A stretch of DNA of 62,719 nt, the filler included, from Choristocarpus tenellus KU-1152 (taxonomy: Eukaryota > Protista > Phaeophyceae): the NCBI GenBank assembly GCA_964200185.2. It is 11 parts of 11 records of this genome, joined end to end, with 100 filler letters (N's around TTAATTAATTAA, not from the genome) between each part and the next. Parts side by side here need not be neighbours in the genome. Positions count along the whole stretch, not along the records: positions 1 to 3,485 come from CAXNAD020019709.1; positions 3,586 to 9,220 come from CAXNAD020010177.1; positions 9,321 to 14,624 come from CAXNAD020011213.1; 8 more parts are not named here. One strand, written 5' to 3'. Shown piece after piece: positions 1-12,899 of the stretch (position 1 is the first letter of the stretch; each line of letters starts with the position of its first letter). The notes beneath the pieces were generated by a model that saw only the letters and a list, made by a program, of their open reading frames with translations, did not search any database and was not told the origin of the DNA. Position numbers and translations under genes: made by a program.

Positions 1-9
1 GTACGGTTT

Positions 10-158
10 TAACTGTAATGAGTAGGTAATACAGTACCATATAGGGGGGTGTACTATTGTTAACTGCAGTTAGTGAGTAGGTAACACGATACCAAATAGG
101 GGGGTGTACTGTTGTTAACTGTAGTGAGTAGGTAATACTGTACCAAATAGGGGGGGGG
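10..158. repeat. Tandem repeat, 3 diverged copies of a ~51-55 bp unit
   Basis: Unit TAACTGTA(G/A)TGAGTAGGTAA..(G/A)TACCA(A/T)ATAGGGGGGTGTACT.TTGT starts at ~10, 61 and 116. Confidence 0.85.
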
Positions 159-2019
159 TGGACGATTGGAATATCATCGGGGGCAGGGATGGCGTGGTGC
201 TATACAAATAGCGCAGAATGCAAAACGCTGGAAAAAGAAATAGTAATAAATGTGATGTAATGTGACGGGGAAGGTGATTGTCACAAGACTGACAAGAAAA
301 CCCCATGATAAACGACTATCTCACCGAAGGTACTCTTTGCATTATTGATACTAAAGCTGGACAACAAAATAGTAACATAATAATAATTATCATTATTATT
401 ACTACTACATATTGTAAATACTTTGTAGGATTAGAAATGGGTGTATATTAATAATATGTACTATATATAATTGATCATTGACCATTACATTCCTGCAGGG
501 TGGGTGCCGACTTGAGGTACCAGATGCTCAAAATCAGGGTTAGGGTTAGGTTTAGGCAGGGGGGCGAGGCCCTCATCCTGTTGGAGACGTAGCAGAACTG
601 ATCAATCATTACACTGTCCTCATATTCTTCAATACAAAAATTGCGAAGAAAAAAAAAGGTCAATACAATCTACAGCAAGCATACACAACTTTGTACTTAT
701 GTACGTATGTGTGTATGTATGTAATGTATGAATCATCATCACAGGGCTTCTTTTTTTTAATTATCATGGCACTAGGTTAAAGCAGCGTGTCTCTCAAGAG
801 ACACAGGTAACCAGACCCTAGCACAGCATAAAAAAGTGTATAGCACACAGCATAAAAAAGTATATAGCACACGTATTGAATGAACGAACACCATAAAAAA
901 AAAAATGTTGTTGGGTGTATTGTACTACAAACAAGCGGTAGGCACCACCATATCAACAGTAACACAATGATAAACAACTTCTTTTTTTTCCCTCCCTTCA
1001 CCCTGCCATCCCATTCAAAAATATACACATCCTCTACTAGGTACCAGTATATTGGTTCAATCCGGCGCGGTCTCCTACTGCTTCCAATACACAGCCATTT
1101 GCAGTAAAATTTTGAATTTTCAGAACGTAAAGGGGATGGTATACACACATAACACACACACCGACCAATTCCAGTCATGTGGGTTCAAAACTCTTCACTT
1201 GGGTTAATATATTTGTGTTTTTGGAAAGGGTCTTTTTTGGGGGATTAATCTGTTCCACAACACCAAACCATACGCAAGTTCACCGATCGTTGCGAGAAAT
1301 CTTATCACCTCATCATTACTGCTATATTCTTAAAAAATAGGGCTACATATGTTCTATTTTAGTTGGGTTTTTTTTTTTAAAGAACAATTCTGACATTTAC
1401 ACAATTTACTGTTCTGAATAAAGAATCGAACAAGAAAGGTTCTGCTTCATCAGCTTGTTACGGTCAGCGACGGGACCGTGCACGTAGAGGCCGAAAAAAA
1501 GGGAATAAAAAAAAAGAGATGATATTTTAAAATCTGCCAACACCACAAACTTTTAGGAATATAAAAATGTACATCATGTTTTATCGCATCTATTAGAGAA
1601 GAGAAGAATTATAAAAAACAAAAAGAATATATATATATATATATATCGCACCCCAAAACACAAAAAGGTGCAATTTGTTCCGAATTTTATCGGATTAAAA
1701 AAAAAAGTATTTTACTTGCTTGCTCCCCAAACTGCCTCCACAAAAACGGTTGAGTACAACAATCAAAAACCTTCCACAAATGAATTCCCCCACATCAGAG
1801 CTAGAGGCACAATGATCGCGATATTCAGTAAAAAAAAAAAACTCCATCTGCTGCACTATTAAGTACACTGACGAATAACAGAACAAAAAAAGCTCCAACC
1901 ATGCCGAAAACTGGCTATGAAACTGGCTATAATTTTGACGACTGTTGCACACAAAAAAAAAGTTAACAAGTGCGGGCCATACTATTCATAACATGATGTG
2001 TACCACCAACGGGTAGAAC

Positions 2020-3374
2020 TTATGGCCGATGGCACATCTTCCCAATGTTACATACTGCATACATCCACGTGTATGTGTAAGTATGCAGCCGATCCCCGAG
2101 CAAGGAAATGTGTGGAAGTATGCCGCCAATCCCAAGGCAAGGAAGATATTTTTTATCTAGGGCTGTAAGGTGTAGAGGGATTGTACAACTGAGTGCAGCA
2201 GCCACTTTCTTATGTCTTTGCTTGGGGAGAGAAGCAAAACAACCCATTTTAAATAAAAAAAAATTACAAAAACACGGAAAAAACATTGGAATAAAAAATC
2301 CTTCAGAACAATTCAATACGCACACACACACACACGCACCAATAATAATAATAAGGAAAATTGCGTTGCCAATGACAAAATACGACACTTTTATTTTATT
2401 TTTATCGAATAAAAAAACTAAGAAAAAAAAGGGGGGCGGGGGGCGGCGTAAAATATAAATCAAATCAATTCGCACAATCACATCTGTTGTATTATATTGA
2501 TTTACAAATTAATTAATTAATTAACACATTGAATATCGACACGAGCATACGCTTGTATGTATAAAAATAAGTAATATTTTATTTTGTTCCAACATTCGAA
2601 CGTAACTAAAAGTAAAAATAAAAGTGAAAAAAAACAAAAAAAATAATAATTCGCGAAGCTATCGTTTCTCTCGACTACATCGGTGGTCGACCCCGTAAAA
2701 ACCCTAAAACTAAACAACTCCTTCAAAAAACAACACAATGATGTTAAACCGAATTAGAACCCATCAATCAATCATCAATCGGTCGTAACGAAAATTTGTA
2801 AATTCAACATATAAGCATGATGCCGACCAACATTCCACACCCCCAGAATAACTATCATCAACAACAGGAAAGAACACCATATAAAAGAAAAAGAGGTAAA
2901 CCTCAAGTCTTGACAGAATCTTACTTACAACCTACATATGTACATAGGAATATACCCACTGTCCACTGTACCTACATACTTGTCTTTCTACTTGTCCTCC
3001 GCTCTCCCAATCAATCCCCCCCAAAACCCTAACCCTAACCTTCACAAGAAAAAAAAACTAATAATGCACCTGAACGTCACTGTCCAGCTCCAACACCACA
3101 TCATCCCCCCAATAATCTGTCTCCCATCCGGCGTAGGGAAGGCGGATTGTCCAACCTTTCTCTTCCCCCATTCCTTTCACACTCGCTCCTGGGCCCAGAA
3201 GGGCCTTCACCCTGTCTGCCCCTCCTTCCATCCATGCCCCAGCCCCGGCCCCAGCCCATGCTCTAACCCCCAGTCCAGACACCCCCCTGGCAGAGGCGCA
3301 CGCATCCGAGAGGTGGAGTTCCGAGTTGATGGAGGCGCACACAAAATCATTATTTGCCCCGGGAACGTCCATCA
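2020..3374 (-). CDS. Fragment of an unidentified spliced gene
   Basis: Exon 3374-3070 (…GWTIRLPYAGWETDYWGDDVVLELDSDVQ) has an AG acceptor and a CAG|GTGCAT donor. It is phase-compatible with an exon starting at 2156 (IKNIFLALGLAAYFHTFPCSGIGCILTHTRG). The 3' boundary is uncertain and no family was recognised. Confidence 0.4.
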
Positions 3375-3485
3375 CTGGGTCATTGTGTGTGCAGGTGTGT
3401 GCGCATTGGGGGGGGGGGGGGGGGGGGGGGGGAGGGGGAAAACGAGGACTGATTGCCGGCTTGTGAGGCTAAAAGGCAAAAAAAT

Positions 3486-3585
3486 NNNNNNNNNNNNNNN
3501 NNNNNNNNNNNNNNNNNNNNNNNNNNNNNTTAATTAATTAANNNNNNNNNNNNNNNNNNNNNNNNNNNNNNNNNNNNNNNNNNNN
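3486..3585. other. Artificial contig-joining linker (N44-TTAATTAATTAA-N44), first of ten
   Basis: The same 100-nt linker, with stops in all six frames, recurs at 9221-9320, 14625-14724, 17369-17468, 21384-21483, 30016-30115, 35060-35159, 43412-43511, 48875-48974 and 52689-52788. A separate 10-N gap lies at 55076-55085. Confidence 0.97.
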
Positions 3586-3611
3586 GCCGAAACACCACCA
3601 CCCAGGTGCGG

Positions 3612-3654
<43 letters not shown>

Positions 3655-4016
3655 AAGGGAGGGGCCGTTTGTGAGACGAGCTACGTGGAAGGAGGAAGGC
3701 AATGGTTTGTTGGTGCATGCACAAGGAGACCCTTGAGGAGAAGGCAAATGGAATTGAGCTAAATGGCATGTGTGGGTCAGACCCTATCCGAAGCCATTGT
3801 GGTGGAATTAATGCATGCCACTGGGTGTACCTAGTCATGCTTTGTTTAGTTGACGCCTTCCACTATCATGCACCTAAAGACCAGCAACACTCCACATGTT
3901 CTAGCACACACAAACACACACGCGCGCGCGCGCGCACTCTTGGAGACAAATGCAACCTAGTTGCACACGTACCCCGTTAGCCAATAAAAAAAAAGTTCAT
4001 GAGAAAAAATGTCAAC

Positions 4017-6159
4017 CCTGTGGCACCGAATGCCCCACCAGCCACCCCCGCTTTCGGCTTCCTTGAAGTCGGATTAGCTTGCCCTTGACCTAACACCACA
4101 TTTGATAGGAACACATTTCAACACATGATCGGTCTACAGGACTGGAATCTGAGAGAAAATTCCCTCCCCTGGTAATGTACAAGGACAAGTTTTGTGCTCT
4201 GTCTCAGAGCACAAAAGGACACTCCAAAATGATACAGAGAGCTATGGGTACTGCAGAGTGGCAAGACTTGCTCTGTCCTATCCCAAGTTTTGGCCCAGTC
4301 AATGGGCCCAGCGTGGAAATGTTGACACAGATAATGTGAAGAAAAATAAGTTTAATACTACTAGACCCTTCATATCCAATACCGCCCTTCCCCTTCTCCC
4401 TCCACTGCCAGGTGAAGTATCAATGGGGGCATCTATTCCAGGATTCCAATTCAATAAGCCCATTGTTTCATAAAGAAACACTTGCCAGGCACAAGGTTGA
4501 TGACAACCTCCACCAAGCCTACTCCAGGTTTGTTTAAGTTGAGGTAATATCACAGTGGCATTCTTAGGAACCCTTGCTGGTAAAGGAGGGTGGACGGCAT
4601 GACTTACAACAGAAGAGATCATTGAGAAGAGCATGGCTTGAATATTTGTGTAAATGAAGAGTATATTCATTTGCTGACTTGAGAAACTGCAAAACGTCAC
4701 AACGCTCAGGTCAAATCTTTTCCTTGCCTTCACTTTCAGTCTTTATTCTCAACCCCCTCTGCCTACACTTCCATGTCTTACCAACACTTCCTCTTCCAAC
4801 CAGACGGAGACCACGAGAAACATGTGTGAGGCGAAAATTGGGATACTCACCATAGCCCTGAGAAAATCCGCACACGTCATCCGTCTTCCGACATCGCTCT
4901 CTGTCCCATTCCTTTTACTCAACCACCCCTTACTGTCTTCACCAGAGTCACTTCCCACTGTCACGGAGGCGTACTCATCAAAGACATCACTCAAGGTGCA
5001 TAGCCGGTCTAGCCTGGACTTGTATTCTTCCAGGAATCTGCTCATAGAAAAGATCATGTACAGTGGCCGCAGATAGGTAGCATAATGATGTGAATACCGC
5101 GATGTCAAGGGAAAGGGATAGCAATAACAAGAGCCAGCAAGAGGAATAGCTGTTGAAAAAAACGGTTTGGACTGGACTCCTAAGACATGTGATGACTCCA
5201 TGCATGTTTAGAGCATTCTACGATGTGCGATCCAGTCATCAGGTTGAAGATTACCGTGGCGGCGGCCTTCTCCTCTCGATTAAGCGCTGTTCCATCAACA
5301 GCTTCCTTCTCAGAGTTGACCATGCGGCATGTCGTATTTCATAAAATGCTGATGGTTCGCGTAATGTCTTCATTGTTCCCGTTTAAGTTTAGCCCAATTA
5401 GTGGTGCAACTCCCCAATACCCTTGATGCCAGAGTAACATTCAAACGAGGCTCTTTCATTTTAAACACTACTCCTATAGTTGTAGCACTAGAGGGGGGGC
5501 ACTACTCTTAACCACTTACTACATCAAGTTTGCTGGTACATGTTATGTCCACACCAACCTGGTATTCTTCCGCTCGGCATCCTTACATTCCGACGGTCCA
5601 CCTTCACCCACAAAGTAACTTGCGCTAAGAACTGCGGTGATTGCAATCCCTCTAAAAAATATTCCTTCCCCACCACGTTTCTCTGAGGGTGTATAAATGG
5701 CGAGCGCACTTGGAACGTAGTTGGGAGCAATCCTGCCTGGGGAGAGGACATGCACAGTACCGGTCGGAGATCGCCGTGCAATCCCTGATGTTGATGAAAA
5801 TATGGTGAGAGTTAGATGGGCGTTGAGGGAGGGGGACGGGTCAGCACTCACACAACTGCAATAGACCAACTCGCTTGATCCAACCTTTTCGTACCTAAGA
5901 TGATACAGTATGACACAGAACGGGCTGTGTTGGGAGCCTTAACTCAATTAAGACAGGACACTGACGGACGTTTCTTTTACATCCTCTATGTGGAGAAGAT
6001 ATATGTATCACTACTTGGGCCATGAGGCTAGGTATTTTGCAGATTAGTTGATGCCATCTCGATCTAGGAATATATAAATCTTTCACGGAAAACGAAAATC
6101 CAGAATTGTTCGACCCCACCTCCAACAAATGCTACTGTCCTCGCCCCGCGCCCTTGCAT
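4017..6159 (-). CDS. MICU-like (mitochondrial calcium uptake) protein, N-terminal part; 3' end not traceable before the contig break
   Basis: Candidate exons: 6159-6120 (MQGRGARTVAFVG), 5784-~5559 (Arg/Ser-rich region then hydrophobic GIAITAVLSASYFV), 5348-5255 and 5037-4851 (RFLEEYKSRLDRLCTLSDVFDEYASV…RMTCADFLRAM). The last resembles the MICU motif Y-E-x-R-I-R…F-x-Y-F-A-S…M-T-P-x-D-F-x-R-A/S. Further open exons lie at ~4600-4368 and 4069-4017. Two junction phases are unresolved and no EF-hands were seen. Confidence 0.5.
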
Positions 6160-6350
6160 CACTACTAGGTTCTAGCGACCAGATTTCGCTGGATAAGACA
6201 AACTCCACCTTCTTCTTAGGTTGGAACCAACTTATAGACCTTGTTCGTCCTTAAAGTAAGTAGTACATGCTTGAAGTATATTTCGTAGAGGGTTTAGACA
6301 AGGTATTGGATCATTGGACGTAGACAAGGTATACTACAAACAAAGGTAAG

Positions 6351-9220
6351 ATGTCCTCTCTATGTACAAGATATGGACGCCTGCACTGTGGCCCGGCCTT
6401 CGGGGTGGGAGTATTGGCTACTCGCACGCTGGGGTTTGGTAGTTTAGTGGGACAGGGACGGCATCAGCGATACGTATCTCTGAAATCTATTGCAGGGCGG
6501 AGTGCAGGGCGTAGTGTAGCATCGCTGATTGAGCGACGTTTGGAGACTGTTCTTCCGCAGCCAGAGCGGTTGGTGGTCATCGGGGATGTTCATGGAGATA
6601 TTGGTGAGACTCAGGGCTGCTTGGATAAACCTAGTGGTGCGTTGTTGCTGGGGCCTACTCCAGGTTATGCCAAGGTACTGATAGGAGGGATATGTATACT
6701 CACTCTAATCTGCGCAAATATGGGATGATAAGAGCATTAGAGAAGAAAGAGGACATTGTTTTCTCGTGGAATTCCTGGAGATTATCTTCAAGACTGGAGC
6801 AGAAGACTCTTTGACGAGGTTCCATGCCTTTGTGTACTGAACATGGGAATGGTATGTGATGTGGCTAGTGCCCTTGTCAGCTGGTGCCTCAATCGATCCT
6901 TCTTTATCCAATTATTCCTTTCCGCCCAGATGCCTTCAGAAGCTGCCTGAACATGGCTAACCTGGTGGATGATCAGGATCGATGGGCGGGTGGTGAAACG
7001 GTGCTTGTTCAGGTACTTCGCTGGGGTGCATCACGATCAACATTGATCAGCGTCAGATGTTGCTGTGCAAGTGATCCGCGCATTTACCATAGGGAATACG
7101 GAGCCCTTCTTCTTCTGTGGACTGTGATTTGTATTTAGGGGGGAGAGGTTTCGGCCTCATCTCCGTTGTGAGTCTTTGACGCACAATTCTCAATGCCACC
7201 TTGCTTTGTGGTGTTGCCGCCTCATCGAACAAGTGGTTCGGCCTATCAAATCGCAGTCCATGCAACGGAAAGTAGATAAATGCAAAAGTCTACATAACTA
7301 GAATGCAGTCATTTAGTGTACAATGCCACGGAGGACATCCACTGTCCACTGCACACAAATTGGTTAGTGGGTGAACCGTTGGTACAACCTTGCAAACCAA
7401 GAAACTTTATCGTCGAGATGAGAGCATCTTCCATATTCCCACATTGTCTCACTTGATATCACTATCCGGTAACTTGGTACTTCCCTCACCTCATTGCTTT
7501 CCACCTCCTTCGGGTAGTTGGGAGATATATTTGATCGTGGTGACGATGACCTCGCCATAGAGGAATGGATACACACGCTTTCTCATGAAGCACGAAGCGC
7601 GGGGGGAGGATTGCACAGCATATTGGGGAATCATGAGGCAAGACCCCCTGTGCACTTTGAAAACCAAGCGCCGACAAGTTTTTCCAACATATTTTCTTTT
7701 GGACAAGTTGAGGGTAGAGGAATTTTGAAATGTGATAGATATACTGTGGAGGCATTCTTTGCTGCAACGAGATTCATCGCCTGCCTGCATGTATCACTTC
7801 AAGAATGAATTCAGTATGATGCGCCATACAGCAGCAGAACAATGTACACTATTTCTGTTTCTTGATATGCAATTGAATGTATGGATGTTGGGATGAAGAT
7901 ATTTCCTGGATGTTTCTGCAGGTTTTTGTAAGTTGAATTCATTGTGCTTTGGGAGAGGTTGTAGCGTTCGTTGAAATAGAAAGGATAAGGAGTTGAATAC
8001 GACATGGAGCCTATGGTAGTTGTGCACTGTTTTCTCATCTATGTTGGCTACAGGAGGAACAACTGAGGGTAATCCAGAGTTCTCAGGTCAGATCGTTATA
8101 TCACCTGGGAGTAGATTCCTTGACATTGATGAGATTGGCCACTCCTCCTATTTGCTCACATCCCCTCTCATATAACTGCTACAAAAGCAGGTCTTGAACG
8201 CTATTGGCGACCACTCCATGTCCACTCCAGAGGCATTCATGAAATTCAACAAGCTACATCCGGAGTTGGAAGAACAGGTCAAGAACTGGAAGGGCCCTGA
8301 GAATATTCCGGAGTGGGCAAGGTGGCGATTCCTTGCCATGATGCCTGGGGGACCCATTGCCAAGCTCATGGCATGTCATGCTGTGTGCATGAAGGTAAGT
8401 CACCCGTTCCCCCCTCTCCCTTTGCCCCTCCTTGGTGAGGCACATTTTTTAGTTTGTTCTCTCTGGTGTTAACAATGAAGTTACTGATGCTGTGAGATGG
8501 TACATGATGGGGAAGGCATCCACTATGCCGGCGCGAAGTCTGTGGGCACTTGAATGAGAGGGTGGCTTTTGTAATTTGTTGAAGGCGTTTTTTTTACCAT
8601 GACCCATCTGTAGAGCGTGCCAAAATACAGGCGATTTTTTTTTCCAGAAATGAGATTTTTGCAAAAATAGGAGTAATTAAAAAAAATGCTTGCATCATAA
8701 ATTGGGTGCAGTAAGAGCCACTCCTTGCAACATCCAGCATTTGACTCTTCTCTTTTTTTTTAAATATTTGGTCAGTAGAGTAGCCTACCCAAAGCTTCAT
8801 GGTTGATGTCAAAAGGATAAACCTACCCTTTCGCCTGTTGACAGATTCCACGTACCCCCTGCCCCCCCCCCACACTAGTAAGCACGTTACACGTACTCAT
8901 TGGGGAAGGTTATTCTAGTCTTGATCGTGTTCCTATAGGGGGCATGAGGGGTTCATTCACCCTTCCGCCACCCCATCATACCATTTTGTCTCCCTTGCTC
9001 TCCCCAAACCGCCTCAACAATATCGCCTTGCTGATCTACAACTCCAGGTGGGGGACAGTCTCCTTGTGCATGGCGGACTGTTGCCAGGGCACTTGAATGA
9101 GGAACAGGTGGGGTCCAAGGACCTAACGTCAGGTGCTCCTGGCCAAGAAAACAATAGTACTCCCAGGGGGGGGGGGGGGGGGGATGCGTTGGCAGCCATG
9201 GAGGCCATGAACATGGCAGC
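6351..9220 (+). CDS. Shewanella-like protein phosphatase (SLP/Shelph; PPP/calcineurin-like metallophosphoesterase), 3'-truncated
   Basis: Exons 6351-6603, 6930-7012, 7518-7637, 8191-8394 and 9048->9220 splice in frame. They give the motifs IGDVHGD, W-x-GGETVLVQ-LGDIFDRG, LGNHE and LLVHGGL. The N-terminus is basic and presequence-like. Intron 3 uses a GC donor. Confidence 0.92.
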
Positions 9221-9510
9221 NNNNNNNNNNNNNNNNNNNNNNNNNNNNNNNNNNNNNNNNNNNNTTAATTAATTAANNNNNNNNNNNNNNNNNNNNNNNN
9301 NNNNNNNNNNNNNNNNNNNNACAATTACCTATATATTCATAAGACAGAATAAATCCCCAGAAAAAAAAGGGGGGGGGGGGGGGGGGGGGGGGGACGGGAC
9401 GAAATCCCTTCAAAGTTGAAAAAAAATAATAATAAAAATTAAAAAAAAGAAGAGAACCCCACCCCTCCCCCCCCGCACGGCCCCGTCTCTGAAAAAACCT
9501 CCTCTCCCAC

Positions 9511-12033
9511 CTTGGCCCAAACAGCCAGCGCAGCGACCCCATCCTCGTCTTCCGGGCCTTCCCCCGGACATACCCGCATAGCTCGAGACAACAACGCCCT
9601 ACCAGCATCAGTACCTCCCAGAGAGAACAGCGCCTTCCAAGCCTTTCTCGTGTTAGTGACACATGACTCTGGACAACCCCCCTCAGGGCCCGCCGCCCTT
9701 GTGATAACAGAGGCGAAGGAGCCAGCATCTGCAGGAGGATGCAGCGAGTCCAAGGAAAGCACAGGGGCTGAAGCAGCAATGGCCCCATGAACAATGTGGG
9801 GATACTTGTACCGGAGCCATGCCGCTGGAGGGGGATGGAAAGTTGGGGGGGGAGGGGGAACCTGGGGGTCAATGGAGGGAGGTCAGAGGTTGAGTGCGGG
9901 TCGCGGGGTATCCTGTGCCAGCAGACGGCATACGTCCCTCCCTCCGTCTGCTTACGGATATGCAAAGGTCCGGTTTCATGGAACTGATCAGGCGTTGGAA
10001 GAGAAAAACCGAGCCCACGCTCGATGGGGGCACCAACGCCGCAAAGCGATTCATTTTTTTTTGTGTGTCTTATCTTCGACAGTTTCGACAGTTTCGTAGA
10101 AGGAACCAAAACCAGTCTTGCACAAAGCAAGCTTAGCAATCGGAACAGCAATCTCTGCTGATTGCGAGAGGGTTCATTACTCGTCGTTCCCAGCAACAGT
10201 CAGTACCGTCCCGGGTCAAAACAGAGCCTTCCAGAATGCATCGCATTGAGGGCTGCTGCTATTCAAGACAGAGGGTCTTAGAGGAAAAGAAACAACTGGA
10301 CAACTGTTGGACAGCTGTCAACAGAGGCAGGTGCGCCCCAATTGGCGGCCTAGGACAGGGACAAACTCTCTTCTGGTACAAGACAATGAGGGATCGCTGG
10401 CGTACATGAAATGGGACAAAATAAATATAAAATACATATATTTTGACACCAGAGGGCTACAGGATGACAGCATCGAGCGATCTCTATCACGTGTATAGAG
10501 CTAGACAAGGGTGCATCGAGACCATCACAGAAGCTGACAGGCCGGAAAGGCTCAGGTTGATCTACTTCATAAATGCACAAGAAAATTCTTAGTGACTTGT
10601 CATGACTGATAACCACATCACCTTCATTTGTCATAAAGAGGTTCCGATCACAACCCAGTGAAAAGATGCAAAATGAGACGAGGGTTGTAACTATTTTGAA
10701 ACAAAAAAAGGAAATAAAATTATTCAATAGAAAAAAAACACCTATTTACAGGCACGCCCCTCTCAGCACCCACCTAACATCCCCCCATAGCTGCCACCAA
10801 AGACTATCACAGGGGACTCCTGCGCCCCCAGCTCTTCCTTGAGTGTCGTAATCAGGAAGGCGTAGTCTGCCAATGCTTGGCTTGTACTGGACAAACCAGT
10901 TTTAACACATGCACATAAGCCAGGTTAAGCAGGGGAAGAGTAAAAAGTAAGCTGTTGAATAGCCTAGACAACCAACACGATTACATGGTGAGGTCTTGGG
11001 TCCCAGGCAAGCAACGTGATCAAATGGTAAGTTGTTGGATGCAATGTGGTTGACCAATCCCCCCCTCACCCCTCGTAGCATTTCAGCCTAGTGGATGGAG
11101 ATGTGCAGTTAGTAGGTGCTAAGTCTGTGCAGTAATGGTAGACCAGGTGGTCATGTGGGTGCCTCAGCCTGAGAGTGTAGCATAGCCTTCAAAATGAACT
11201 TGATCTCCTTCCAATAAGGTGGTGCCATTATGCTCTCATCTTCTAAGACAAGGTGCCCAAAGACAAACAAATTCGAGGACAAGAGATGAGTCTGGCACAC
11301 AACCAGGACAGCTGCTAGGAACACTCCAGACTTCAACAGGCAGCATTTTTCCTCCTTCCTGCCGTTCCTTACGGAATTTCGATCCACCTACCCAGAGCAT
11401 ACCTCAACCCACCACAATGACAAAGACTGCACATTACTCCCCCAACTAACTAGCCTTGAAAAGGCCACCCACCTAAGGTACTCCCGACCTTCATATGGTT
11501 CACCAAAGGGAAGAGACTCTCCATAAAATCTGTGTTCAGCAAACACTAGGGCGGCTCCGAAGGCTGCCGCATTTTCCCACATGAGACCCGTCGCACCTAA
11601 GTACAGCGAAACATCTGCCTCATTACCTGCCTGTCAAGTGCACAGAACCGTGCACAAGCAGGTTTGCGATAAACAAAGGGATTGAGGGGGGTAGAAGAGA
11701 GTGACAGTACGATGTCAAGCCGTAGCGTGTATTGTTGTTGGGAGGGGTGGTTCCATGCAGCCCCAACGTGTATCAAGACCAGGGTGAGTGACTTCTTAGT
11801 GATTTTGAAATTACGATTTTTTAGATACATGTACAGGGCTCTTCACAAAGATCACCTACTGATAAAGATTGCATCTGAATATTTCCAATGAGCCCACAAT
11901 TCCAGACACTTTGAAATCGCACTTCACGCCTTGTTCGTAAGACACCTGACCAACAACAAACATCGGCAAACGATAAAAAATTGAAAATTGACAAACTATC
12001 GCAGCATGCATAAGTGTACTTCAACTTTCGCAG

Positions 12034-12070
<37 letters not shown>

Positions 12071-12734
12071 CTTTCCTACATTGCCCCTCTTTGTCCTAGC
12101 GCTCACATAGAAGAATATTGGGCCCTTGGCGTTGTTTATAGACTCATCATGACGTCCCCTATCACCCCCAACCATCCCCCAGTACTTGTCGCACAAGAAG
12201 TATCGTTGTGGAAAGGTTTCCTCCCCATCCTCGCTCGGGGTGTGCCGAAAGTGGTCCAGCTAGTGTATAGTAACAACAGCATCAAGACATAATGAGCGGG
12301 GGGAAGGGGGGATTTTGTGGGTTCCATACCACAAATCTGACACCATGGTCCAATATGGACGGGGGGTGGGGGGGAAGTGCTGCTAGCTGCAGGGGGGAAA
12401 ACGAATAAATTAACGATTGGATCAAGCATGAAAGAAATAAGGACTATATTCGTCTGTCGGAGTCAGCTGGGGAAAAGCGTGTCTTAGGGTAGGATTTGGG
12501 TAAGGAGGATTGAGACCAGACAATTAATTTAATGCCCCGTAATGCAGACCGTAACCCACGCCTAGATGCACAGCCACAGTAGTACATACTCACCGTCTGC
12601 TCAAAGAAACGCTCATCACAGTCAGATGTGGACGGCCTGCCCAGCAACCTCTCTGCTGATCCCACTCCTCCAATAGAAAGTGGCCGATGGAAATTTCCCC
12701 TAGATTGCTTACCTGCTCCTTTTCTATCCTCAAC
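9511..12734 (-). CDS. PRCP: Serine carboxypeptidase S28 (lysosomal Pro-X carboxypeptidase/DPP7-like), partial
   Basis: Exons 12734-12594, 12259-12107, 11630-11473, 10886-10774 and 9824-9511 splice in frame. They give [52 protein letters not shown], the nucleophile motif [11 protein letters not shown], and [15 protein letters not shown]. The first exon and 3' exons were not found. Confidence 0.93.
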
Positions 12735-12899
12735 CTGAGCATTCAGAGAGGAGGGTAGGTGTCTGTGGGAACACTTCAACAACTTGCACAACTTGAATAT
12801 AACCCATTTGCAACACAAGGAAGGTATAACGACACTCTCCAACGCACCCTATTTGCTAGGGATGCATGAAGCACAAGGGAGATGATGATTGTTTTAAAT

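Noticed and set aside
2509-2524. (TTAA)4 resembling the linker
   Set aside because: No flanking Ns and an AT-rich context; probably a natural microsatellite.
4299-5426. Retrotransposon gag remnant
   Set aside because: The segments have canonical splice sites and open frames and fit a spliced MICU-like gene better.
9273-10196. 307-aa ORF and most other track ORFs of 60-200 aa
   Set aside because: They are off-frame, antisense or intronic shadows of spliced genes, MITEs or homopolymer tracts.
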